A stretch of 64,000 nt of DNA from assembly GCF_009914755.1 (NCBI RefSeq), contig NC_060947.1, one strand, 5' to 3'. This stretch comes from the human T2T-CHM13v2.0 reference genome, Homo sapiens. Positions 1 through 18,938 of this stretch are shown piece after piece. A program made the position numbers and the translations under genes. Position 1 is the stretch's first letter, and each line of letters opens with the position of its first letter. The notes below the pieces were generated by a model. That model was given only the letters and a program-made list of their open reading frames with translations, ran no database searches and had not been told where the DNA came from.

Positions 1-910
1 AGTGGGAGAAGATCTTTCCAAACTGCATCTGAAAAAAGACTAGTGTCCAGAATCTACAAGGAATTCAAATCAGCAAGAAAATATAAAACAATCCCATCAA
101 AAGTTGGCTAAGGACATGAATAGACAATTCTCATAAAAAGATATACACAAGGTCAATAAACGTATGAAACAATGCTCAACATCACTAATTATCAGGGAAA
201 TGTAAATCAAAACCACAATGTTTTACCACCTTACTATTGCAAGAATGTTCATAATTAAAAAATAAAAAAAAAAGATGTTGACATAGAGATAGTGAAAAGA
301 TAACACTTTTACACTGCTGGTGGGAAGGTAAACTACTACCACTATGGAAAACAGTATGGGGATTTCTTAAGGAACTAAAAGTAGAACTACCATTTGATCC
401 AGCAATCCCACTACTGGGTATTTATCCAGAGGAAAAGAAGTCTTTACATGAAAAAGACATTTGCACATGCATGTTTGTAACAGCACAATTCGCAATTGCA
501 AAAATATGGACCCAGCCGAAACGCCCATAATTCGAGTGTATAAAGAAAATGTGGTATACATACACCATGCAATACTACCCAGCCATAAAAATGAATGAAA
601 TAATGGCATTCACAGCAACCTGAATGGAGTTGAAGGCCATTATGCTAAGTGAAGTAACTCAGGAATGTAAAACAAAACATAGTATGTTCTCACTTATAAG
701 TGGGAGCTAAAGTTATGAGTACACAAAGTCCTGAGAATGATATAATGGACTTGGAGGACTCAAGGGAAAGGGTGGGAGGGGTTGTGGGATACAAGACTAC
801 ACATTGGGTACAGTGTACACTGCTTGGGTAATGGATGCACCAAAATCTCACAAATCACCACTAAAGAACTTATCCATGTAACCAAACACCATCTGTTCCC
901 CAAAAACTGA
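1..910 (+). mobile_element. LINE-1 3' end (ORF2 C-terminus plus 3'UTR), older primate L1PB/L1MA-like, truncated by the window edge
   Basis: Degenerate ORF2 C-terminal sequence (gaactaccatttgatccagcaatcccactactgggt; atgttctcacttataagtgggagctaa) and an L1PB-type 3'UTR ending accaaacaccatctgttccccaaaaac. Confidence 0.85.
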
Positions 911-944
911 CCACTTTGCTATTTTGTCTTATTTTTATTATTCC

Positions 945-1420
945 AGCAATTATATGAGATAATTTTTACTATCACACTTCACATATGAGGAAACAGAATA
1001 GACAGTTTAAATCTCTTGCCAGAAATTACATTGTTGATAAATAGTTGAACCTAGATATAAACTCAGATCTGTTTAAGTCTGAAATCTATACTCTTTCCAG
1101 TGTGTTTTTCTGCTTCTCATAATTTAGGGTTGTGAAATTATGACAAAAGTTACAGAAGAGGAAAAGAAAGTAGCTAGGTTCAAAAGTCACGAATTTACTA
1201 ATAACAATATTATATATTGAGTAGTTACTATAAGACGGGCACTCTTTAATGCATATTTCGTTACACTTTTACAATCCCAAGAGAATGGTATTATTATTAC
1301 TCTTTTATAGATGAAGGAACTGAGGGAGAAAACAGTTATGCACTGAACTTTAGGTTGTACAACTAGCGAACAGTAATAGCAGAGTTTTAAACCTAAGTTT
1401 GACAGACTCTAGAGACCACG
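945..1420 (-). mobile_element. Two degraded MIR SINE fragments (~945-1100 and ~1240-1420)
   Basis: MIR core-like motifs 'catatgaggaaacaga' and 'ttttatagatgaaggaactgag'. Confidence 0.55.
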
Positions 1421-1974
1421 CTCTGTAGAAAAAAAAAGTGCTTCACTGGAAAACAATCCATTTTCTAGACTCTAGAGAACACCTCTCTGAGTTTTCTGAT
1501 TCTAAAAGCTATTTAATAACTCTGTAAACTGTAAACAAATGGAAACAATGAAAAATACTTCTTATTTATGGATTTGCAAATTCTGTCTATTCAGAAGTCC
1601 AAATAACTTCTCTTTTTTGGTCCCTCATCCTACTAGAAAAAACCAGTTTTGCTTCCATTTGAACATTTATTTTAATTTTTCTGATCTTTAAATTTATTTG
1701 TTCTTCAGAGTCTCTTTCGAACCAGTAGTCATATCTGTGTTGTTTCCTCATGGCTAAATGAAATATATAACATATTTGTATGACAGTCATGATTTTACTT
1801 TTTTTTTTTTGAAAATTGTCTCTTAACAGTTTTCCAGAGATGCCTAGTGAGTTCTTCTAATGGAACCAAGCAAACTTAACGAGAGAAGTGCACCTCATAA
1901 GCGGTTTAAGCCCAGACCAGTCTTTCTTGGCTTCTAAAGGTGACTCCAAATTGGCAATATAGCACTGCTGACTT

Positions 1975-2282
1975 TCTTTTTGTTGTTATTGTTGTTTTGA
2001 GACAGAGTCTCAATCTGTCACTCACGCTGGAGTGCAGTGGTGCGATCTCAGCTCACTGAAACCTCCACTTCCCAAGCTCAAGCGATTCTCCAGCCCCAGC
2101 CTCCAGAGTAACTGGGATTACAGGCATGAGCCACCAAAGCCTGGCTAATTTTTGTATTTTTTGTACAGATGGGGTTTCACCATGTTGCCCAAGCTGGTAT
2201 TGTACCCCTGAGCTCAAAGCAATCCTTCTGCCATGGCCTCCCAATGTGCTGGGATTACAGGCGTGAGCCACCACTCCTCGCC
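1975..2282 (-). mobile_element. Alu (old J/S type)
   Basis: Reverse-complement Alu dimer; 14-bp TSD AGCACTGCTGACTT at 1961-1974 and 2283-2296. Confidence 0.95.
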
Positions 2283-2691
2283 AGCACTGCTGACTTCCTA
2301 TTTATCTAGTTTTGATCTTCATCTCTACTAATTTTGTGTTTTGATTTCATTTGTTTTTGTTCATTTGTGGCTAATAAGTTATGTATCATAGCTAGGAGTA
2401 ATTACTGGGAATTTGGTTTTATAGTCTGACCATACACGAGGAATTTGATTTTGTACCCTTATCAATGATATGTGTAAGTGGATTAAATGTTTATAATATC
2501 TATGTTGGGTGAGAGACAACAGGGAATCGTATTTGTTAGTTTTTTTTTTTTCAATTTGTTGTCTGTCTATTTTAATTAAGTTCAAATAATTAGGAATTTT
2601 TTTTGTCTAACAGGAAGGGGACTAGCTCTTTGATATCTAGACGCGATTTTTTATGTTTCTGTGTTTATTCTTAATTAATATCTGAAATTTT

Positions 2692-2987
2692 TGTTTATTT
2701 ATTTGTTTTCTTGAGACAGGGTTTTTATCTGTTTCCCAGGCTGGAGTGGTGTGGCACAATCACGGCTCACTGCAGCCTCGATCTCCTGGGCTCAAGCAAT
2801 CCTCAGCCACCTAAGTAGCTGAGACTACAGGTGTGCACCACCAAGCCAGGCTAATTTAAAATTTTTTTGTAGAGTTGTGGTCTCACTATGTTGCTCAGGC
2901 TGTTCTCAAACTTCTGAGCTCAAGAGATTCTCTTGCCTTGGTCTCCCACAGTGCTAGAATTATAGGTGTGAGTCACTGCTTTTGGCC
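2692..2987 (-). mobile_element. AluJ-like
   Basis: Reverse-complement Alu with J-type features (ctcctgggctcaagcaatcctc); approximate TSD ctgaaatttt. Confidence 0.9.
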
Positions 2988-3212
2988 ACATGGCTGAAAT
3001 TTTGGAATAGAAGCTGTAAACCCCTCTGTGTCTGCATATTTATGTGCCTGTAATTTATAAAGATCTTGACCTCCCATGTGAGCGTGTGATTTTCTACCTT
3101 CAGATGTTGTTAATAAATTATTATATTATTTCTAACACAATAAATAAAAGCAAGTAATGTTTACCTCAAAAAATAAATTATATCATAAAGTTACTTAAGT
3201 TAAAAGGACCTC

Positions 3213-4999
3213 CCTGCCTCCGCGCTGCAGCCCCTGCCGTAGCCGCCCCTGAGCCCGCCACCACCGCCTCTGAGCAGAAGATGGCTGTGCCACCTACGTA
3301 TGCTGATCTTGGCAAATCTGCCAGGGATGTCTTCACTGAGGGCTATGGATTTGGCTTAATAAAGCTTGATTTGAAAACAAAATATGAGAATGGATTGGAA
3401 TTTACAAGCTCAAGCTCAGCCAACACAGACCACCAAAGTGACGGGCAGTCTGGAAACCAAGTACAGATGGACTGAGTACGGCCTCACGTTTACAGAGAAA
3501 TGGAACACCGACAATACACTAGGCACCAAGATTACTGTGGAAGATCAGCTTGCACGTGGACTGAAGCTGACCTTCGATTCATCCTTTTCACCTAACACTG
3601 GGAAAAAAAATGCTAAAATCAAGACAGGGTACAAGCGGGAGCACATTAACCTGGGCTGCGACATGGTTTTCGACATTGTTGGGCCTTCCATCCGGGGTGC
3701 TCTGGTGCTGGGTTACGAGGGCTGGCTGGCCGGCTATCAGATGAATTTTGAGACTACAAAATCCCGAGTGACCCAGAGCAACTTTGCAATTGGCTACAAG
3801 ACTGATGAATTCCAGCTTCACACAAATGTGAATGACGGGACAGAGTTTGGCGGCTCCATTTACCAGAAAGTGAACAAGAAGTTGGAGACCACCGTCAATC
3901 TTGCCTGGACAGCAGGAAACAGTAACACGCGCTTCGGAATAGCAGCCAAGTATCAGATTGACCCTGACGCCTGCTTCTCGGCTAAAGTGAACAACTCCAG
4001 CCTGATAGGTTTAGGATACACTCAGACTCTAAAGCCAGGTATCAAACTGACACTGTCAGCTCTTCTGGATGGCAAGAACGTCAATGCTGGTGGCCACAAG
4101 CTTGGTCTAGGACTGGAATTTCAAGCATAAATGAATACTGTACAATTGTTTAATTTTAAACTATTTTGCAGCATAGCTACCTTCAGAATTTAGTGTTATC
4201 TTTTAATGTTGTATGTCTGGGATGCAAGTATTGCTAAATATGTTACCCCTCCAGGTTAAAGATGATTCAGCTTTAAGATGTTACCCTTCCAGAGGTACAG
4301 AAGAAACGCATTTCCAAAAAAGGTTCTTTCAGTGGTAGACTCGGGGAGAACTTGGTGGCCCCTTTGAGGTGCCAGGTTTCTTTTTCATCTAGAGATGGCT
4401 GCGAGTGGAAGCTGATAATATGTAGGCACTTTGTAAATTCATATTGAGTAAATGAATGAAATTGTGATTTCCTGAGAATCGAACCATGGTTTCCTAACCC
4501 TAATTGATGAGAGGCTCGCTGCTTGATGGTGTGTACAAGCTCACCTGAATGGGACTTTTTTAGACAGATCTTCATGACCTGTTCCCACCCCAGTTCATCA
4601 TCATCTCTTTTACACCAAAAGGTCTGCAGGGTGTGGTCACTCTTTCTTTTGTGCCATTTTGGGGTGGAGAAGGTAGATGTGATGAAACCAATAATTCAGG
4701 ACTTATTCCTTCTTGTGTTGTGTTTTTTTTTGCCCTTGCACCAGAGTATGAAATAGCTTCCAGGAGCTCCAGCTATAAGCTTGGGAGTGTCTGTGTGATT
4801 GTAATCACATGGTGACAGCACTCAGAATCTAAATTGGACTTCTGCTGTATTCTCACCACTCAATTTGTTTTTTAGCAATTTAATGGCTACATTTTAGAGT
4901 CTTCCATTTTTTGTGGAATTAGATCCTCCCCTTCAAATGCTGTAATTAACATCACTTAAGAAAACTTGAATAAAATGTTGAAACCTCAAAAAAAATAAA
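3213..4999 (+). pseudogene. VDAC1: Processed pseudogene of voltage-dependent anion channel 1 (5'UTR, CDS 3281-4130, full 3'UTR, poly-A)
   Basis: Intronless; [18 protein letters not shown]...[13 protein letters not shown]; CDS is 850 bp versus 852 expected (2-bp deletion at ~3426/3427); AATAAA at 4969-4974; A-tail from 4988; TSD TAAAAGGACCTC at 3201-3212 and 5000-5011 at a TT/AAAA L1-endonuclease site. Probably VDAC1P1 on chrX (recall only). Confidence 0.97.
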
Positions 5000-5165
5000 T
5001 AAAAGGACCTCTATTCTGTATGGCTTACACAGATAAATAAATGCTTATATAAATTAAATATTTCTAAAATTCCAAGAAATTAAGGAAACTGAGTATTTAA
5101 GATTTTCAGTGTGCTAAAAATGCATGCTTGAAGAATCCAACTTAGAAACATTTTACAAATCATAG

Positions 5166-8087
5166 CTTCTGCACCATTGAATCATGCTTGACAGGTGGAG
5201 AGCTCCAATGTGGTGGTCCCTACAGCTGTGCACCAGCCTGCATGTTCCCTCCCTATACTGCAGGTTCCCCTTAACCCACAGCAACTCCCCACATCAGTTT
5301 GCTGGTGTGTGTCAGCACAGGCGGGTTTTGCTTTACTTGCCCTGCCAGCACGTGGGAGTGCCATAGCCCCATGACCCCTGCAGACCACCATTGTAGATGG
5401 AGCCTTGGTGGACACAGAGCCAGCAAGCTCCACCCCACCAGTTCCCCAATCTTGTGGCTAACGCTGCCCAGAGGACAGGGTCTCCTCCCACACCCTGAGC
5501 CATCACTCCTACTTGCAGGGCACAGAGAAGGCACCCAGACCTGCGCTGGCCAGCAGCCTGCCCCAAACCAACATCACCTCCAGTGCAACAGCACACACAG
5601 TCTCCCTCAGAGGCCCCCCACTACTCCTTAACTGCCTTCCCTTTGTCACTGTGATGAACTCCTTCAGGGAGGCTGGCACCCCTGCATCCACTAACATTGG
5701 GCTATGGCTCCTGCACCTCAGTCCTCCAGCTGCAGTAGCCTCCAAACCTTGAGTAGTCAGAGAACAATGCCGGGGCCTAATACAAGTCCCCTAGAGTTAG
5801 AGCATGCAGTCCAGGAGTTGGAAGCTGAATGTTGGCCCCATAAGATCGTCCAGAAATGAAGCCAGTTGGCTGAATCCACCTTATACAACAATCAAACTCT
5901 GAAGGTCATCAAATAGGATAAAATTTTAAAGACCATCTAAAGGTCAACAATCTCAAAAATTGAAGGTAAATAAGTCTACAAAGATGAGAAAGAGTCAGTG
6001 CAAGAATGCTGAAAACTCAAAAAGTCAGAATACTTTCTTTATTTCAAATGACCGCATCACCTCTCTGCCAAGGGTTTGGAACCTGGCTGAGTCTGAGATG
6101 ACTGAAATGACAGAAGTAGAATTCAGAATAAGTGATAAGAAAGGAGTTCACTGAATTACAGGAGTGCATGGTAACCCAATGCAAGAAAACTAAAAATCAT
6201 GGTAAAACATGGCAGGAGTTGACATACAAAATAGCCAGTATAGAGAAGAACATAACCAACATGATAGAGCTGAAGAACACACTACAGAACTTCATAATGC
6301 AATCACAAGTATTATTGCAGAATAAACCAAGTGTAGGAAAGAATCTCAGAGCTTGAACACTGTCTTTTTAAAATAAGACAAGCAGACAAGAATAGAGAAG
6401 GAAAGAGAGAATTCAAATAAACACAATTAGAAATGGCAAGAGCGATATTACCACTGACCCCACAGAAATACAAACTACTATTGAAGAATATTATGAATAC
6501 CCATATGCACATAAACTAGAAAATCTAGACGCAATGGATAAATTCCTGGACACATAAACCTTCCTAAGACTAAACCAGAAATAAATTGAATCCTTGGACA
6601 CACCAATAATGAGCTTTGAAATTAAGGCACTAATAAGTAGCCTACCAATGACAGCAAAAAAGAGGTCAGGACGAGACAGATTCACGGCTAAATTTTACCA
6701 GATGTTCAAAGAAGAGCTGGTACCATTCCTACTGAAACTATTCCAAAAAATTGAGGAGGAGGGACTTTTCCCTAACTCATTCTATGAGACCAGTATCATC
6801 TTGATACCAAAACCTGGCAGAGATACAACAAAAAAAGAAAACTTCGGGCCAATATATTTGATAAACATTGATGCAAAAATTCTCAAAAGACTATTTGCAA
6901 ACCACATGCAACAGCACATCAAAAAGCTAATTCACCTTGGTCAAGTAGGCTTCATCCCTGGGATGCAAAATTGATTTAACACGTGCAAATCAATAAATGT
7001 GATTCATCACATAAACAGAACTAAAGACAAAACCACATAATTATCCCAGTAGATTCAGAAAAGGCTTTTAATAAAATTCAACACCTCTTTATGTTAAAAA
7101 CTCTCAATAAACTATTAAAGGAACATACCACAAAATAATAAGAGCCATATATGACAAATCCACAGCCAACATCACACTGAATGGGCAAAAGCTGGAAGCA
7201 TTCCTCTTGAAAACCTGCACAAGACAAGGATGTCCTGTCTCACCACTCCTTCAACATAGTATTGGAAGTTATGGCTAGGGCAATCAGACAGAAAAAAACA
7301 CATCCAAACAGGAAGAGATGAATTCAAACTATCTCTGTTTGCAGATGACATGATCCTATATCTAAGAAACCTCATAGTCTTGTCCCAAAAGCTCCTCCAG
7401 CTGATAAACAACTTCAGCAAAGTTGTCCGATACAAAATTAATGTACAAAAATCACTAGCATCCTTATATGCCAACAACAGCGAAACTGAGAGCCAAATCA
7501 GGAATGAATTCCCATTCATAATTGTCACACACACACACAAAAATTACCTAGTAATACAGCTAACTAAGGAAGTGAAAGATTTCTACAAGGAGAACTACAA
7601 ACCACTGCTCCAAGAAATCAGAGATGACACAAACAGATGGTAAAACATTCCATGCTCATGGATAGGGAGAATCAATATTATTAAAATGTCCATACTGCCC
7701 AAATAAATTTATAGATTCAATGCTATGTCTATGAATCTACCAATGACATTCTTCACAGAACTAGAAAAGACTATTTTAAAATTCATATAGAAACAAAAAA
7801 AGCCCTAATACCCAAGGCAATCTTAGCAAAAAGAACAAAGCTGGAGGCATCAATTTACCTGACTTCAAACTACACTACAGAGCTACAGTAACTAAAACAG
7901 CATGGTAGTGGTAAAAAACCAGACACATAAATCAATAGAACAGAAAAGAGAACACAGATATAAGAACACACACATACAATCATAAGATCTTTGACAAACC
8001 TGAAAAAGACAAGTAACGGGGACAGGATTCCTATTCAATAAATGGTGCAGCAATAAATGGCTAGTCATAAGCAGAAGACTAAAACTG
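5166..8087 (+). mobile_element. Old primate L1 (L1PB/L1PA15-16-like) with 5'UTR, partial ORF1, internal deletion and ORF2 RT region; 3' end missing
   Basis: ORF1-like MRKSQCKNAENSKSQ at ~5984; jump to post-endonuclease ORF2 at ~6405; RT fragments ([27 protein letters not shown]); 5' boundary approximate. Confidence 0.85.
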
Positions 8088-8516
8088 CATACAAATCCAA
8101 GTTTACATAATTTAGCTAATACTTTGGCAAACCAGAGCAGTTTAATAATTTTGCCTGTATAAAATAGCCATGTCTTTTTCTCTGATTAATCAGTGTTAAG
8201 TATAATACAAGTATACATTTCCATTCTACATGGGTATGTTTTTCCTAGACTTATGCAGGTTTACTGATCAATTAAACTAGCATTACTTAATGTTTAAGAT
8301 TATGACATATGTAAATTTGCATTTAACCAAATTGAATCATTATTCTGATGAACTATGTTTCAATAGTATTTACGCTTTGCAGTATGTCAGCTTCCAGATA
8401 ATTTTCTAGATCTTTAGGTAACTTAAAACCTCGGACTCATACTGAATTGAGTTAATCAATGGATTCACTAGATGTCTACATCATTTCTAAATAAAATAAA
8501 ACATACCCCATTAACG

Positions 8517-8652
8517 TTTTTATTTTTTATTTTATAGAGATGGGTTCTCACTATGGTGCCAAGGCTGGTCTCAAATTCCTGGGCTCAAGTGCTCCTCCCA
8601 CCTTGGCCTCCCAAGGTGCTGGGATCACAAGTGTGAGCCATTGCACATGACC
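8517..8652 (-). mobile_element. Alu left monomer / FLAM
   Basis: Single reverse-complement Alu arm with T-rich tail. Confidence 0.85.
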
Positions 8653-9027
8653 GCAAAACTGTATCTTTAGGTCATGATAATATGCTCATTCTTGCCACTT
8701 TGAAATGCTGTATATGAGATGTGGGTGGCTTTAAAATGTGTGTTATGCATATCCATGAACTCTCCTACTCTGCTATATGCTGGTGTGTGGCAGGCCATTC
8801 TCGGTTACCCACCCCTCAGTTTTCTTTGTGAAATAGAAGTTACTTTGGTTAAAAATGATAGGTAATATAAATGTTTGAGACTATATTTAAGAACAATAGT
8901 TTTAGAGAAATATGATTGTGTACATGCTTCTGTTTCTCATGGACACTATTAATATGATCCCAAAGCAGCAGTTCTCAGAGGATTTTTGTTTTGTTTTGTT
9001 TTTGTTTCTAAACTTCTTTATACTCTT

Positions 9028-9570
9028 TGTGATGGTTAATACTGAGTATCAACTTGATTGAATTGAAGAATGTATTGTTCCTGGGTGTGTCTGGGAGGGT
9101 GTTGCCAAAGTAGATTAACATTTGAGTTAGTGACTTCAAGAAGCAAACCCACCCTCAATCCAGGTGGGCACTATCTAATCAGCTGCCAGCACGGCTAGGA
9201 TAAAAGTAGGCAGAAGAATGTGGAAGGACTAGACTGGCTTGAGTCTTCTGTCCTCCATCTTTCTCCCTTGCTGGATACTTCCTGTCCTTGAACATCAGAC
9301 TCCAAATTCTTCAGCTTTTGTACTCTTGGACTGACATCAGTGATTTGCCAGGGCCTTCTCTGGCCTTCAGCCACAGACTGAAGGCCACACTACTGGCTTC
9401 CTTAATTTTGAGGTTTTGTGACTTGGACTGGTTTCCTGGTTCCTCAGCTTGCAGACACCCCATTGTGGGACTTCACCTTGTAATCATGAGTCAATTCTCC
9501 TAATCAACTTCCTTTTTCATATTCGTCTATCCTATTAGTTCTGTCTCTTTAAAGAACCCTGACTAATACA
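9028..9570 (+). mobile_element. MLT2A (HERV-L) solo LTR
   Basis: Starts TGTGATGGTTAATACTGAG, ends GAACCCTGACTAATACA; perfect 5-bp TSD CTCTT (9023-9027, 9571-9575). Confidence 0.92.
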
Positions 9571-10047
9571 CTCTTTGAATGTATTGAGGTCTCCAAGGAA
9601 CATTGTTTTATGAGTTATTTCTTCAAATATTTACCATATTAAAAATTGAAACTAAGAAAAAATTTAATTGCTTCTTTATTGATTCATTTGAAGTTATCAA
9701 TGATGAATATATTGCATGTTAATAACATCTTAGTAATATTATGAAATTAGTCCTGACCTCACAGACCTCCAAAATAAAGTACAGTGTCAGTCTGTTCCAG
9801 AAAATGAAAGAGCATAATGAAAGTGCAAACTTGGAAGGCAATTTTTGTTTGACTTGTTTTATAATGTCTGAGTCTGAAAAGCTATTACATGTTTTAATAT
9901 CTCAGCAAAGTTTTCTCAATTTTGATAGGCTTCATTTCCTTGGTTTGCTATTTATTGTCTTTAACCTAGATAGGAAAGATTTTGCATCTTACTAAAATAA
10001 TTCTCTGTGCTTTATGTTGATTTGATAAATTTTTATAAGACATACTA

Positions 10048-10207
10048 TTTTATTTTAACTGTTTTTAAGTGTACAATAGGTAGTCATATTTTTTAACCAT
10101 ATAATTTTTGGGGGTATCCATTCCCTCAAGCATTTATTCTTAGTGTTACAAATAATCCATTTACACTCTCTATTTTAAAATGTACAATTATGTTGTTATT
10201 GACTATA
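10048..10207 (-). mobile_element. L1MA-type 3'UTR fragment
   Basis: Reverse complement reads tatagtcaataacaacataattgtacattttaaaata...aataaatgcttgagggaatggataccc. Confidence 0.65.
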
Positions 10208-10209
10208 TT

Positions 10210-10313
10210 GTGCTTGCTTCGGCAGCACGTATACTAACATTGGAATGCTACAGAGAAAATTAGTGTGGTCCCTATGCAAGGATTACATGCAACTTCATGA
10301 AGTGTTGAATATT
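10210..10313 (+). pseudogene. RNU6: U6 snRNA retropseudogene (near full length)
   Basis: GTGCTTGCTTCGGCAGCACGTATACTAACATTGGAATGCTACAGAGAAAATTAG...GAAGTGTTGAATATT aligns end to end with U6; ACAGAGA box kept; CpG decay; no snRNA promoter upstream. Confidence 0.93.
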
Positions 10314-10345
10314 AGTAATTTAAAATCTTTTTAAAAAGTTATTAC

Positions 10346-16470
<6,125 letters not shown>

Positions 16471-18160
16471 TTCATCACTCCTTAAAATTACCAAATATCC
16501 AATGTTGAATTTCCAGTTATCTCATAAATGCTGTAATATTCTTTCAGCAACTGTTTGTTTGAATCAGGGTCCAAATAAGGTCCCAACATTAGGACTGGTT
16601 GGTAAACTCTTGTCTGTTTTAATTTGTAAATTTCTTCTCCAGTATTCCCTTTTGTAATGTATTTATTGAAGAAACTAGGTCATTTGTCTTATAAAATTTT
16701 CTAAGGTCTGAATTTTGATGATTGCATCTCAGAGGTACAATTTACATTTCACTGCCCCCTGCATTTCCCATAAATAGGTAGTTGGATCCAAAGTCTTCAT
16801 CAGATTCATGTATGACTTTTCTTAGGAGGGGTAGGAATACTTCATTGGGTGGCGTAGCATTCTTCCATCAGGGGCCTATTATATGTGTGGCTGTTTCTTT
16901 TTGAGATGTTTGTAGCAGTTGATGTAAAATGTGTAGATGCATTAATTAATTTGGGTTGCAAAATGGTAATATCCTAATTGTAACATTCCTTCTTAATTTA
17001 TTATCTGGACTACTTCTATAAAGGGAAACTTCACCTGATCAACTATTTGGTTACCATAAGATACATATTATATTCAGGAGAGGCAAGGCAAGCGTTGAGT
17101 TTTTTCCTTTACCAAGTTTCAAAATGGTGTTGTTCACTAGCAGCTTCCATTGGTGACCAATTTATTTACTTAAACCTTCATTATGATTAGAATGATTGAT
17201 ATGTTTCAGTCCCTGACAGTTATTATCTTTATGGGTCCTCAAATTGTTCCTCTTTGACCTGTAGTAATCTGTTCAAGTTGGCTTCTGAGTTTTTTGACAT
17301 GGCCCCCATTAGTCTAATAATAGCTTCTTTATTTCTGATATGACAAGGTGTTCCAGGCTCATCTTGTACATTTTCTGCCCCAAAACTTGAATTTCAGCAA
17401 GTAACACTGCTTCATTTTAGAGGGAATGGTTTTTTTCAAGTACCCTACAATCAGGGTACTAGGAGTGCTCTTTGTTTCTGGGATGATCATTATTTTTAGG
17501 TATTTTCAGTAGACAGAGTTAAAGTTAAGAACATTTTTAAAAGATGAAATACTTTATGACACTTAAAATTCAAATCCCAGAACACAAGTTTTAAATTAAC
17601 CTCTTTGATCTTACTTCTGTATCTGTTTTCTCCAATGTTGTGAATCTCAATTCTCAGTCACCAGGAATGACATAAATAAGAGCTGTGTGAATTTCTTTTT
17701 CTGTGACTGCATTGTTCATTTCTCTATCCCATTTATAAAGGGTGGTTATTCTTCCCATTGTTAAAAGCACTTTTATATGTTAGACATGTTAACCTTTTGT
17801 TGAAAATTGTTTTTCCAATTTTGCCATTGTTTTTTCTTTGCTTATGGAGCGTCTTTTGTCATGCAAATTAAAAATATATAATAAAATTTATCTATCTTTT
17901 CTCTTTTTGCTTTTAGATTTCAAGTTATAGTTAGGAAAGTTTTTCCTATTCCTAAGTTATAATGTAATTTACCCATATATCTTTTCGTATATGTATGTTT
18001 TCATTTTTTACACTGAAATCTTTTTATCTATGTAAAGTTTGCCTTATTGTATGGTTTGAGGAATAGATATAATGTTTTCTTTCCCCCATGTGGCTTTTTA
18101 GTTATTCTTATGCCAATTATTAAGAGGCTTATATTTTCTTTACTGACTTCATCTGCAGCC
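16471..18160 (-). mobile_element. Ancient L1M(C/D/E) fragments
   Basis: Degenerate L1M 3' motifs such as tttgaatcagggtccaaataaggtccc and ccaggctcatcttgtacattttctgcccc; boundaries approximate. Confidence 0.5.
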
Positions 18161-18172
18161 TGAATCGAAAGC

Positions 18173-18617
18173 TGTAGGTGCCCTGTCTGTACCCCTTTAC
18201 CCTTATCACTTCAGTGCATGTCTACAGGACTTCCAATTACCATCAACTTCCTTTCTTTACCTGAGGTGTTTTCTCTTGCTACCAGAACCTGCTCTGCCCA
18301 TACATTGTGGGCTAGAAGTACTTGGAAACACACCAGTAAAGCAGCCTACAACTAATGACTAATAAAAGTTGATTACAAAATAAGCCTTAGGAGGGATAAC
18401 ACTGAGGAATGTGTTATGCCCAGAATAACTAGCAGAAGTAAGCTCTAAATACACACAGAGATAACTTCCTTGATGATAAACCCTTTATTGGCTACCCTTT
18501 TTTGTTTGTTTCAATTCCCCACTCTCTTATTGGTATTTCCTAGGATCACTACACAAATAAACTGTACTCTAAATCCCCATTTCAGGAGCTCCTTCTGGGG
18601 AAATCCAAACTAAGACA
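18173..18617 (+). mobile_element. ERVL-type solo LTR (LTR16-like)
   Basis: TG start; ends aaataaac...ttctggggaaatccaaactaagaCA; no clear TSD. Confidence 0.5.
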
Positions 18618-18938
18618 CTTACTTTATCATATACTATATTTGCATATTGTAATCGAATTTTCTACTAGTTTCCATTAGTCTGTATGTTTATTCATGCTCC
18701 AACAGCATATTGTTTTAGTTATAGAAGCTTTATAATGAGTGTTAAAATCAGGCACTAACAGCTTCTCCTTGCTCTTTTGTCTCAGGGTTTCCCTAGCTAT
18801 GCTTCAATTGTTTGTTTGTTTTTTTCTGTGAACTTTGTAATTACCTTTTCTAGCTTCAGGAAAAAAAATTGTATTGAGAATGCATTAAATTAATGATTTT
18901 CAAGTAATTGAATTATTATGATTTTCTTTCTTCCTATC

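Noticed and set aside
1404-1487. Short direct repeat AGACTCTAGAGA..AC
   Set aside because: Only two ~20-bp imperfect copies at a MIR edge; not an array and no CRISPR-like structure
5182-5752. Cluster of overlapping ORFs in GC-richer sequence (similarly 22254-23408)
   Set aside because: Old L1 5'UTR sequence; stop-poor composition explains the ORFs
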